Notes under the pieces: generated by a model
Told to the model about the DNA's origin: nothing
Database searches by the model: none
What the model saw: only the letters and a program-made list of their open reading frames with translations
In this document: piece after piece, positions 8,769 to 17,271 of the stretch
Numbering within the stretch: position 1 is the first letter of the stretch
Layout: every line of letters starts with the position of its first letter
Origin: Candidatus Eiseniibacteriota bacterium
GTDB taxonomy: Bacteria > Eisenbacteria > RBG-16-71-46 > SZUA-252
Length of the DNA stretch: 38,105 bases
Assembly (NCBI GenBank): GCA_043741515.1
Contig: JAYUAE010000213.1
Coordinates: 1 to 38,105, forward strand
Reading direction: 5' to 3'
Position numbers and translations under genes: made by a program

Positions 8769-9698
8769 GTGGGTGTGGCGGGGAATAGAGAAGTCGATGC
8801 GGAGGCCGTCGTCCGGGAGCTCACGACCGAGGACGAGGGCTGCCCCCCGGGACTGCGCGATCTTCGTCCCCCGCCCAAGCTGCTGTACCTCGTCGGCCCC
8901 TGGGACCATCCCGGCCCGCACGTCGCGGTGGTCGGCGCCCGTGAGGCCACCGACGACGGGCTCGACGTGGCGCGCGATCTCGCCCGGTCCCTCTGCGAGC
9001 GCGGCGTCGCCGTGGTGAGCGGGCTGGCGCGAGGCATCGACGCCGCGGCCCACGAGGGCGCGCTCGACGGAGGCGGTCCGAGCGGGGCGGTCCTGGGCAC
9101 CCCGGTCCACGCGATCTACCCCCCGGAGCACGCTACGCTTCAGGCAGCGCTCTCCCGCTCGCTCGGGCTCATGAGCGAGATCGGCCCCGGCGCTGCCACC
9201 ACCCCCGGCATGTTCGCCACGCGCAACCGGCTCCTGGCCGCGATCGCGGACGTGGTCGTCGTCGTGCAGGGACGTGAAGGCAGCGGTTCGCTGATCACGG
9301 CAAAGCATGCGGCCCGTCTCGGGCGGCCGGTGGGCGCCATTCCGTGGGACTCGCGCGAGCCGTTCGGCGAGGCGCCCCATGGGCTGATCCGCTCCGGCGA
9401 GGCCACCCTCGTGCGGAATGCCGATGACGTGCTGGATCTGCTCGGGCGGGGGCGGGAATCGAAGGCCGTCGCGAGGAGCCTCCCGCGCGCCGTCCCCGTC
9501 AACCTCGACGACCTGGCGCCCGCCGAAGCCGCGCTCTACCGCGCGCTTCGCGAGCGCGCCCTCCCTCTGGATCGCCTCGCAGCCGCCGCGGGCCTCAGCG
9601 CGTCCCAGCTTTCGGTCGCGCTCGTCGCGCTCGAGCTGAGCGGCCTCGCGCGCCGGGATGCGGGCGGTCTCGCGCGCCGGACCCGCCGCGCGCCCTGA
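8769..9698 (+). CDS. dprA: DNA processing protein DprA (short form)
   Basis: PPKLLY, VAVVGAR, VVSGLARGIDAAAH, RNRLL, SGSLITA, C-terminal winged helix LVALELSG; exact start uncertain (8769 or 8775). Confidence 0.9.
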   Translation: MGVAGNREVDAEAVVRELTTEDEGCPPGLRDLRPPPKLLYLVGPWDHPGPHVAVVGAREATDDGLDVARDLARSLCERGVAVVSGLARGIDAAAHEGALDGGGPSGAVLGTPVHAIYPPEHATLQAALSRSLGLMSEIGPGAATTPGMFATRNRLLAAIADVVVVVQGREGSGSLITAKHAARLGRPVGAIPWDSREPFGEAPHGLIRSGEATLVRNADDVLDLLGRGRESKAVARSLPRAVPVNLDDLAPAEAALYRALRERALPLDRLAAAAGLSASQLSVALVALELSGLARRDAGGLARRTRRAP

Positions 9699-9699
9699 C

Positions 9700-10644
9700 G
9701 TGGGCCGCTCCCCGCTCCGTCCGCTCCGCCAGAAGCTCGAGGTCCTGTTACTCCGCTCTGCCGGGTTTGTCGCCCGCGCGCTGCCCTTCGCCTGGACGAG
9801 CGCGCTCGGCGCCGGCGTCGGTCTTCTGGCGTTCCATCTCATGGGCCGCCGCCGCCGCATCGCCGTCGAGAACATCACCCGAGCGCTGGGTCCCACGGTG
9901 GATGGCGTTTCCGCGCACGGGCTGGCGCGCCGCGCGTTCGCCCAGATCGGACGCTCCTTTCTGGAATTCCTGGCCCTGCCGCGGCTGGGCCACGAGGGAA
10001 TCCTGGCCCGCGTGGAGATGATCGGCTTCGAGCAGGTGCTGGAATGGGCGCGCGCCGGCAGAGGGGCGGTGGTGCTCACCGCGCATTACGGAAACTGGGA
10101 GATCCTGGGCGCGTCCATGCGGGCGGCGGGCGCGCCGATGCGCTACCTGCTCCCGCCGCAATCCAATGAGGGAAGCGACGCCTACTTCGACTCGATCCGC
10201 GAAAAGCTGGGCATCCCGTCGGTCAAGATCGGATACGGCATGCGCGGAGCGCTCAAGGCGCTCCGGGCCGGCGCCTTCCTCGGCATGCTGCCCGACCAGG
10301 ACGCGCGGCGCGTGGGGATCCACGTTCCTTTCTTCGGGCGCCCGGCGTCCACGCACACGGGACCCGCGCGTCTTGCCTACCGGGCGCGCTGTCCGATCGC
10401 GATCGGGCTGATCGAGCGCATGTCCGGGGGCCGCTTCCGCTCGCAGGTCCTCGCGGTGCTCGTGCCGGATCCCGAACGGGAAGAGGCGCGCGAGGTGGAA
10501 CGGATCACGCGCGCGATCAACGAGACGATCGAAGCGGGTGTGCGCCGCCGCCCCGATCACTGGTACTGGCTGCACCGCCGCTGGAAGACGCCGCCGCCTA
10601 CCCCGCCAACCCAGCCCGCAGCGCAGCCGCCGCCTACGTCGTGA
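9700..10644 (+). CDS. Lipid A late acyltransferase (LpxL/HtrB family)
   Basis: HYGNWE, LPDQD, VPFFGRPAST, PDHWYWLHRRWKT; GTG start just after the dprA stop is inferred. Confidence 0.88.
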   Translation: MGRSPLRPLRQKLEVLLLRSAGFVARALPFAWTSALGAGVGLLAFHLMGRRRRIAVENITRALGPTVDGVSAHGLARRAFAQIGRSFLEFLALPRLGHEGILARVEMIGFEQVLEWARAGRGAVVLTAHYGNWEILGASMRAAGAPMRYLLPPQSNEGSDAYFDSIREKLGIPSVKIGYGMRGALKALRAGAFLGMLPDQDARRVGIHVPFFGRPASTHTGPARLAYRARCPIAIGLIERMSGGRFRSQVLAVLVPDPEREEAREVERITRAINETIEAGVRRRPDHWYWLHRRWKTPPPTPPTQPAAQPPPTS

Positions 10645-10936
10645 ATCCGATGTCCTTGGCGGGCATGTCGAACGTCTTGATCTTCCCGAACTGATCCTCG
10701 TACTTCTTCACGTTCGTCTCGAGCGCCGCGAGCAGCGAGCGCACGTTGGGCGGCGTCATGACCACCCGCGCGAAGACCTTGCTCTTCGGGCTTCCAGGCA
10801 GGATCCGCGCGAAATCGAGCACGAACTCCGAAAGGGAATGGCTGATCACCACGAAATTCGAGTAGATCCCCTCCGCTTCCTTCTCGCCCAGCTCCATGTT
10901 GATGGACCCGGGCGGGTTCTGAGCTTTGGCCTCCAT
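10634..10936 (-). CDS. DUF3467-family protein
   Basis: AEGIYSNFVVISHSLSEFVLDF...RVVMTP...NVKKYEDQFGKI; ATG preceded by AAGGAGG. Confidence 0.85.
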   Translation of the reverse strand: MEAKAQNPPGSINMELGEKEAEGIYSNFVVISHSLSEFVLDFARILPGSPKSKVFARVVMTPPNVRSLLAALETNVKKYEDQFGKIKTFDMPAKDIGFTT

Positions 10937-10982
10937 CTGTAATCCTCCTTTTTCCAAAGGGTTGCCTCCACAAAGCGGTCTC

Positions 10983-11011
10983 AAGATATCGCCTAAGCTG
11001 CCGTAAATCAA
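10983..11011 (-). promoter_or_regulatory. Putative sigma70 promoter for DUF3467 gene
   Basis: On - strand TTGATT-17 nt-TATCTT. Confidence 0.55.
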
Positions 11012-11065
11012 TCTGATAGGGCGGCGTGCGGCAGGAAGGCCGGTATTGCTCTGGGAGGGTGCGCG

Positions 11066-13288
11066 ATGGGTACGAAGCGGGCGGGGTCAGCGCGGGTCGA
11101 GGAACAGATCGTCGTCGCCTGGAAGCGGTATGCGGATCGAAGGGCCCAGGGCCTGCACCGCATCGCCGACGGCGCATGCTACATGGAGCCGCGCCCGTGT
11201 CCGTTCGGGGCGAGGCCCGATTTCGAGACCCGGTTCGCGACCGACTGCGTCCACTGCTCGCGCGTCCAGGGAGCCGCCGAGAACGCCGGACTGGAGCTCG
11301 AGGGCGCGCCCGGCGTGGCCCCCACGCTGGCGCTCCTCCTCCACCTTCTCGACGAGGAGGCGAAGGCGGTCCGTGTCGAGCACGAGAACGGATTGGAGGA
11401 CGAGGCGGAGCGCTATCGCAGCGCCGGCTTCCTCTTCCGGGCCATACCGCTCATGCACGTTGCCCTGACGCACGATCGGATCGCGAGGATCCTGCTCGCG
11501 GCGATCGGAGGCGCGTTCGCGCAGGAAGTCGACACCATCCTCCTTTTCCGCATCGTGTCGGAAGGATCGGCGCTGGAGCTGGCGGATGCCTTCCGCCGGG
11601 CCGACAGAGGAAATCCGGAGGCGCCGGCGCGAACACCGCTCGACCTCGACACCTTCGAGTCCGAGGGAGGATTCGACGGCGACGTGTTTTCGCGCCTGCG
11701 TGAAGAGCGGCTTCTGCTCGAGCCGGACCACGATCTCCTGGCGGACGCGGTATTCGACGGCCGGGCGTCGATGATCGCGAGCCCGCGACGTGAGCTCCGG
11801 CTTCCGGAGCGCGTGGTCGAGTCGCTGCCCGACGGTCCCGTCGCCGTTCTCCCCGTCTTCGGCCGCGAGAAGGTGCTCGGCATTCTCGTGGTGTCGCAGG
11901 CCCCGGGCCATTCCGGCTGGACCGCCGACCAGATCGAGCTCCTGAACGCGATCGCGGCGCAGGGCGGGATCGCCTTCGAGGGGAACACGGTGCTCGACGT
12001 CGTGCGGCGGCGGGGCAACGCCGTGCGCTCGGCGATCGACTTCAGCCGCGCGGCCGCACAACCCTCGCGTCCCGACGTGCGCGCCGAACAGGCGCTGAAG
12101 ACGCTCCTGGCGTCCACCCAGGCAGCGGGGGGCGTCGCGTGGGTCCGCGCGGAGGACGGCTCCATCGAGCTGGCACACGTGCACGCGGTGGACCCGGGCT
12201 CGACGCAGGACCTCTCGAAGCTGGGGACGTGGTTCACGCAGTGGTTCGACGCGGATTCCAAGCCCATCCTGGCGGACGCCGTGAGCGGGGATCCTCGCTT
12301 CTCGGGCTCGCTGCCGGACGACTGGCGCTGCCTGCTCGCGGCTCCGACCCACGGGGGGGACCGGGTCACCGGCGTGCTCCTGGTCTTCAACAAAGCCGGC
12401 GGCACCCAGGACGATCCGCTCTGCTTCGATTCCGAGGACGCGCGAGTCGCGGAGCTGATCGCGGCCATCGCCTCGCTCTCGGATACACGCTTCTCCCAGG
12501 AGGAGACGCTTCGCCTCAAGGACCGCCGCCTCCACGAGGTGGAAGCGCAGCTCCGCCACGCTGAGAAGCTCGCCGTCGTGGGCGAGCGCGGAGTGCAGGT
12601 GGCGCAGGACGTTCGCAATCCCGTGGCGGCCATCATGGGATTCGCCAAGCGCGTGCTGAAATCGCTTCCGGCCAAGGATCCCAATCGCGAATACCTCGAG
12701 ATCATCCTCCGGGAGACCGAGCGTCTTGAGCGGGTGCTGAGCGAGCAGGTGGCGCTGGCCCAGATGACCAAGCCCCGGCTCAAGCTGGAGAACCTGAACG
12801 CGCTCGTCCAGGACGTGCTGCAAGCGCAGGCGGAAGACCTCGTGCGCCGGCGGGTGCGCCTCTTGAAAAGGCTTAGCCCCGAGGTGCCGTCGCTCCTCCT
12901 CGACAACGAGAAGATGCGCCAGGTGCTGGTGAACGTGCTGAGCTATGCGCTCCACTCGGTGCCCATGGGCGGGCGCGTGCGGGTCGAGACGCGCGCCGCG
13001 CAGGGAGCGGTGCAGGCCGAGATCGCCCACGATGGACCCAAGGTGGCGGGGGAGGCGCTCGACCGTCTCTTCGTCCCGTTCTCCACCACCCGGCGCTACG
13101 GCGCGGGGGTGGGGCTCGCGATGGCCTACCAGATCGTTCGCGAGCATGGCGGCGAGATTCGCGCCCGCAGCGAGGGGGACTGGAGCAGCATCGTCACCAT
13201 CTACCTGCCCACCCGCGAGAATGACGACCGGAGGAACCGGCCGGACAGACGCGACATACGTCCCGACCGCCGCCGCCGCCTCGCCTAG
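11066..13288 (+). CDS. Cytoplasmic GAF-GAF-HisKA-HATPase-like protein, probable pseudo-histidine kinase
   Basis: SD GGGAGG; GAF-like ends (LPVFGREKVLGILVV...WTADQIELLNAIA; VTGVLLVFNK...FDSEDARVA); AEKLAVVG..VAQDVRNP; LFVPFSTT; GAGVGLAMAYQIVREHGG; no TM helix seen. Confidence 0.85.
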   Translation: MGTKRAGSARVEEQIVVAWKRYADRRAQGLHRIADGACYMEPRPCPFGARPDFETRFATDCVHCSRVQGAAENAGLELEGAPGVAPTLALLLHLLDEEAKAVRVEHENGLEDEAERYRSAGFLFRAIPLMHVALTHDRIARILLAAIGGAFAQEVDTILLFRIVSEGSALELADAFRRADRGNPEAPARTPLDLDTFESEGGFDGDVFSRLREERLLLEPDHDLLADAVFDGRASMIASPRRELRLPERVVESLPDGPVAVLPVFGREKVLGILVVSQAPGHSGWTADQIELLNAIAAQGGIAFEGNTVLDVVRRRGNAVRSAIDFSRAAAQPSRPDVRAEQALKTLLASTQAAGGVAWVRAEDGSIELAHVHAVDPGSTQDLSKLGTWFTQWFDADSKPILADAVSGDPRFSGSLPDDWRCLLAAPTHGGDRVTGVLLVFNKAGGTQDDPLCFDSEDARVAELIAAIASLSDTRFSQEETLRLKDRRLHEVEAQLRHAEKLAVVGERGVQVAQDVRNPVAAIMGFAKRVLKSLPAKDPNREYLEIILRETERLERVLSEQVALAQMTKPRLKLENLNALVQDVLQAQAEDLVRRRVRLLKRLSPEVPSLLLDNEKMRQVLVNVLSYALHSVPMGGRVRVETRAAQGAVQAEIAHDGPKVAGEALDRLFVPFSTTRRYGAGVGLAMAYQIVREHGGEIRARSEGDWSSIVTIYLPTRENDDRRNRPDRRDIRPDRRRRLA

Positions 13289-13291
13289 GCG

Positions 13292-13321
13292 TTGACCCTA
13301 GGTGGCGCCCCATGCTAAAGT
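13292..13321 (+). promoter_or_regulatory. Putative sigma70 promoter for tRNA-Phe/Thr
   Basis: TTGACC-18 nt-TAAAGT with extended TG, just upstream of tRNA-Phe. Confidence 0.6.
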
Positions 13322-13332
13322 TCCCGTCCGGC

Positions 13333-13408
13333 GCGACCCTAGCTCAGTTGGTAGAGCACCACGCTGAAAACGTGGGTGTCCGCAGTTCGATTCTGCGGGG
13401 TCGCACCA
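13333..13408 (+). tRNA. tRNA-Phe (GAA)
   Basis: Acceptor GCGACCC/GGGTCGC, anticodon arm CCACG-CTGAAAA-CGTGG, TTCGA loop, encoded CCA. Confidence 0.96.
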
Positions 13409-13460
13409 TTCATTTTCGTGAGGCCCCCCACGGAAGAGCTTCGCGACTCTCGAATTCCAA

Positions 13461-13536
13461 GCTGGTGTAGCTCAGCTGGTAGAGCACGTCACTCGTAATG
13501 ACGGGGTCACCGGTTCGATTCCGGTCACCAGCTCCA
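13461..13536 (+). tRNA. tRNA-Thr (CGT)
   Basis: Acceptor GCTGGTG/CACCAGC, anticodon arm CGTCA-CTCGTAA-TGACG, encoded CCA. Confidence 0.96.
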
Positions 13537-13574
13537 TTCCCGGGTCGGCCGGCCCGAACCCTCGGCCAAAAACA

Positions 13575-15029
13575 ATGACCAAAGATCGCCACGCCGCGCA
13601 CCCGCTCCAGGGGGACGCGGCGGGAGCGCGGGGCGAGGAGCCCCGGGGCTCCGATCCCTTGCAGGGCCTCATGATAAGCGCTTCCGGAGTTCGCGGGATC
13701 GTCGGGCAGACGCTCACGCCCGAGGTCGTGCTCCGGGTCGCGGGCGCGCACGCTTCCTTTCTCGATCCGGGGCCGGTCGTCGTCGGGCGGGACACCCGGC
13801 CGAGCGGCGCCTGGGTCTCGCGCCTGACGCACGCCGCGCTCCTTGCGTCCGGACACGACGTGATCGAGGTCGGCGTCGCGCCGACCCCCACCATCCTCTT
13901 CGCGATCCGCCACCATTCCGCGTCGGGCGGGATCGCCATCACCGCCAGCCACAATCCCGCGCCATGGAACGCGCTCAAGCTCTTCGGACCGGGCGGCACC
14001 TTTCTCGCGCCCGCGCAGTCGGAAGAAGTGGCTCGGCGCGCCAGGCAGGGCCGCGCGTCGTGGGTCACGAACGACAGGGTCGGAGCGTTCCGCGAGGACA
14101 AGGGTGCCATCCAGCGCCACCGCGACGCGATTCTCGCGCTCCCGGGGCTCGATCTCGACCGGATCCGCAGACGCCGCTTCCGGGTGGTGATGGATGCGAC
14201 CAATGGTGCGGGCTCGATCGCGACTCCGGCGCTCCTCGAGGCGCTGGGCTGCGAGGTGGAGCGGCTCTACTGCGAGCCCGACGGGCGCTTCCCGCGCGTC
14301 GCCGAGCCCTTGCCCGAGAATCTCGGGGCGCTCGGCGATTGCGTGCGCGCGACGGGAGCGGCGATCGGATTCGCGAACGATCCCGACGCCGACCGGCTCG
14401 CGATCGTGGACGAGCGCGGGCAGCCGATCGGGGAGGAGCGAACGCTCCAGATCGCGGTTGACTGGGCGCTGTCCCAGAATCCGGGACCGGTGGCGGTCAA
14501 CGCGTCGACCTCGATCGGGGTCGAGCTGATCGCGAGGCGGTACGGCGCGCCGGTGCACCGGACCAAGATCGGCGAGGCGCACGTCGCGCAGAAGCTGATC
14601 GAGATCGGAGGCGTGATCGGCGGGGAGGGAAACGGCGGGGTGATCTATCCCGCGCTCCATGTCACCCGCGATGGTCTTCTCGCGGCGGCGATCGCCATGG
14701 ACTGGCTCGCGCGCGACACGCGGCCCCTGAGCGCGCGCGTGGCGGAGCTTCCCCCGGTGACGATGGTCAAGCGCAAGCTCGACCTGAAACTGGAGGACGC
14801 GGACTCCCTCCGGGAAGCGTTGACCCGGGCCTTCCCGGACGGGCAACGCAATGTTCTGGACGGGGAAAAGTACCTCTGGGAAGATTGCTGGGTCCAGGTG
14901 CGCGCCTCGGGGACCGAGCCCATCGTGCGGATCCTGGCGGAAGCCCCGACCCAGGAGAAAGCGGAGTCGCTGGCCCACCGGGCGACCGAAGCGGTCGAGC
15001 GTTCGCAAACGCACGCCCGGGCACGCTAA
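13575..15029 (+). CDS. glmM: Phosphohexomutase (phosphoglucosamine mutase / phosphomannomutase family)
   Basis: SGVRG, GRDTR, ITASHNP, DPDADR, GGEGNGG, RASGTEP; directly upstream of glmS; substrate specificity inferred from context. Confidence 0.75.
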   Translation: MTKDRHAAHPLQGDAAGARGEEPRGSDPLQGLMISASGVRGIVGQTLTPEVVLRVAGAHASFLDPGPVVVGRDTRPSGAWVSRLTHAALLASGHDVIEVGVAPTPTILFAIRHHSASGGIAITASHNPAPWNALKLFGPGGTFLAPAQSEEVARRARQGRASWVTNDRVGAFREDKGAIQRHRDAILALPGLDLDRIRRRRFRVVMDATNGAGSIATPALLEALGCEVERLYCEPDGRFPRVAEPLPENLGALGDCVRATGAAIGFANDPDADRLAIVDERGQPIGEERTLQIAVDWALSQNPGPVAVNASTSIGVELIARRYGAPVHRTKIGEAHVAQKLIEIGGVIGGEGNGGVIYPALHVTRDGLLAAAIAMDWLARDTRPLSARVAELPPVTMVKRKLDLKLEDADSLREALTRAFPDGQRNVLDGEKYLWEDCWVQVRASGTEPIVRILAEAPTQEKAESLAHRATEAVERSQTHARAR

Positions 15030-15046
15030 AGAGGAGCGAAGCGAAC

Positions 15047-16873
15047 ATGTGCGGCATCGTCGGATATGTCGGATCGCAGGAATCGCTGCCCATCCTCCTC
15101 GAAGGGCTGAGGAGACTCGAATACCGGGGCTATGACTCCGCGGGCGTGGCGATCCTGAACGGCCAGGGGCTGTCGGTCCGGAAGGCCGCCGGCAAGATCG
15201 CCATCCTCGAAGGGATCCTCGACGGCGCGAGACCCGAGGGATCGCTGGGCATCGCGCACACGCGCTGGGCCACCCACGGCGAGCCGAACACCGTCAACGC
15301 GCATCCCCACGTGGACTGCAGGCAGAACATCGCCGTGGTCCACAACGGCATCATCGAGAACTACGTCACAGTCAAGAAGAAGCTCTTGCAAGAGGGTCAT
15401 CGCTTCACCACCGACACCGACACGGAAGTGATCGCCCATCTGATCGAGAAGTACTTCGAGGGAAACCTCGAGCGCGCCGTCGCGGCCGCGCTCCAGCACG
15501 TCACCGGAACCTACGGCATCGCGGTCATCGCGCGGGACGATCCCGGCAAGATCGTCGGGGCGCGCCACGGAAGCCCGCTGGTCGTGGGGATCTGCGACTC
15601 CGAATACATCCTCGCCTCCGACGTCTCGGCCATCATTCGCCACACGAATCAGGTGGTCTACCTGGACGACGGCGAGATGGTGGTGCTCACGCCGGCGGGA
15701 ATCTCCACGACCACGATCCGCGAGGAGATCGTCAACAAGCGCGTGGAGACCGTGGACTGGGATCTCGACATGATCGAGAAGGCGGGCTTCCCGCACTTCA
15801 TGCTGAAGGAGATCTTCGAGCAGCCCAATTCGCTTCGCGACACGCTCCGCGGCCGTCTCATCGCCGATGAAGGGGCCGCGCGCCTGGGCGGGCTCAACAT
15901 GTCACCCGCCGAGCTGCGCGCGATCACGCGCGTCGTGATCACCGCGTGCGGCACGTCCTGGCACGCCGGCATGATCGGCGAGTACATGATCGAGGAGCTG
16001 GCGCGCATCCCGGTGGAGGTGGAGTACGCCTCCGAGTTCCGCTACCGGAACCCCATACTGGAGCCCGGGACGCTCGTGATCGCCATCAGCCAGTCGGGAG
16101 AGACCGCGGATACGCTCGCCGCCATGCGCGAGGCGAGGCGCCGCGGCGCGCGGGTGCTCGGATTCTGCAACGTGGTCGGAAGCACCATCGCGCGCGAGTC
16201 GGACGGCGGCGTCTACATCCATGCGGGCCCCGAGATCGGGGTCGCCTCCACGAAAGCGTTCACCTCGCAGGTCGCGGCCCTGGTGCTGTTCACGCTCTAC
16301 GTGGGCCGGCTCGGCGAGCTTTCCTCCGAGCTGGGAGCCGAGCTGACGCGCGAGCTGGGCCAGATCCCGGAAAAGATCGAGCGCATCCTCGCGGGCGCCG
16401 ACAAGGTGGAGGCGATCGCCAAGGCCTACGCGCACCACAACAACTTCCTCTACCTGGGGCGCGGGTACAACTTCCCGGTCGCGCTCGAGGGCGCGCTGAA
16501 ACTGAAGGAGATTTCCTACATCCACGCCGAGGGCTATCCGGCGGCCGAGATGAAACACGGCCCGATCGCGCTCATCGACCAGAACATGCCGGTCGTGTTC
16601 ATCTGCACCCAGGATTCCGCCTACGAAAAGGTGTTGAGCAACATGGAGGAAGTCCGCGCGCGGCGCGGCAACATCATCGCGATCGCCTCCGAGGGTGACG
16701 AGCACGTGGCGACCAAGGCCGATCAGGTGATCTACATCCCGCGCACCCTGGGACCGCTGACGCCGCTCCTCTCGGTCGTGCCGCTGCAGCTCCTGTCGTA
16801 CTACATCGCGGTCGAGCGGGGGTGCGACGTGGACCAGCCGCGCAATCTCGCGAAGAGCGTCACCGTCGAGTGA
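15047..16873 (+). CDS. glmS: Glutamine--fructose-6-phosphate aminotransferase
   Basis: MCGIVGY start after GAGGAG, LEYRGYDSAG, HTRWATHG, SQSGETADT, QPRNLAKSVTVE. Confidence 0.97.
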   Translation: MCGIVGYVGSQESLPILLEGLRRLEYRGYDSAGVAILNGQGLSVRKAAGKIAILEGILDGARPEGSLGIAHTRWATHGEPNTVNAHPHVDCRQNIAVVHNGIIENYVTVKKKLLQEGHRFTTDTDTEVIAHLIEKYFEGNLERAVAAALQHVTGTYGIAVIARDDPGKIVGARHGSPLVVGICDSEYILASDVSAIIRHTNQVVYLDDGEMVVLTPAGISTTTIREEIVNKRVETVDWDLDMIEKAGFPHFMLKEIFEQPNSLRDTLRGRLIADEGAARLGGLNMSPAELRAITRVVITACGTSWHAGMIGEYMIEELARIPVEVEYASEFRYRNPILEPGTLVIAISQSGETADTLAAMREARRRGARVLGFCNVVGSTIARESDGGVYIHAGPEIGVASTKAFTSQVAALVLFTLYVGRLGELSSELGAELTRELGQIPEKIERILAGADKVEAIAKAYAHHNNFLYLGRGYNFPVALEGALKLKEISYIHAEGYPAAEMKHGPIALIDQNMPVVFICTQDSAYEKVLSNMEEVRARRGNIIAIASEGDEHVATKADQVIYIPRTLGPLTPLLSVVPLQLLSYYIAVERGCDVDQPRNLAKSVTVE

Positions 16874-17271
16874 GCCGCGACCTCCGAACCACTATCCACA
16901 CCCCGGACGCCCCGGCCGCCATCGGGCCCTACGCCCAGGGAAGGACGGGACCTCTTTCGGGACGCTGGCTCGTATCTTCCGGGCAGGTGGGGCTCTTGCC
17001 CGCGACCGGCGCGCTGGTTCCAGGCGGCGTCGGAGCCGAGACCGAGCGCGCGCTCCGGAATCTCGAGGCGGTATTGAAGGCAGGAGACGCGGGCTTCGGG
17101 GACGTCGTCAAGACCACGGTATTTCTCGCCGACATGGCGGATTTCGCGGCGATGAACGAAGTGTATGCCCGCTTCTTCCCGGACCCGAAGCCCGCGCGAA
17201 GCACCGTCGCGGTCCGTGGCCTCCCCAAGGACGCGCGGGTCGAGATCGAGGTCTGGGCGTTCCTCCCGTGA
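16870..17271 (+). CDS. ridA: RidA/YjgF enamine-imine deaminase
   Basis: GTGA overlap with glmS; APAAIGPY, SGQ, VKTTVFL, MNEVY, PARS, LPK..RVEIE. Confidence 0.9.
   Translation: MSRDLRTTIHTPDAPAAIGPYAQGRTGPLSGRWLVSSGQVGLLPATGALVPGGVGAETERALRNLEAVLKAGDAGFGDVVKTTVFLADMADFAAMNEVYARFFPDPKPARSTVAVRGLPKDARVEIEVWAFLP

Noticed and set aside
13333-13574. tRNA genes (also selC and the pair at 33102-33312) as possible integration sites
   Set aside because: No integrase, no duplicated tRNA 3' end, and no foreign-composition block
15030-15046. glmS ribozyme upstream of glmS
   Set aside because: Only 17 nt separate the mutase gene from glmS, leaving no room for it
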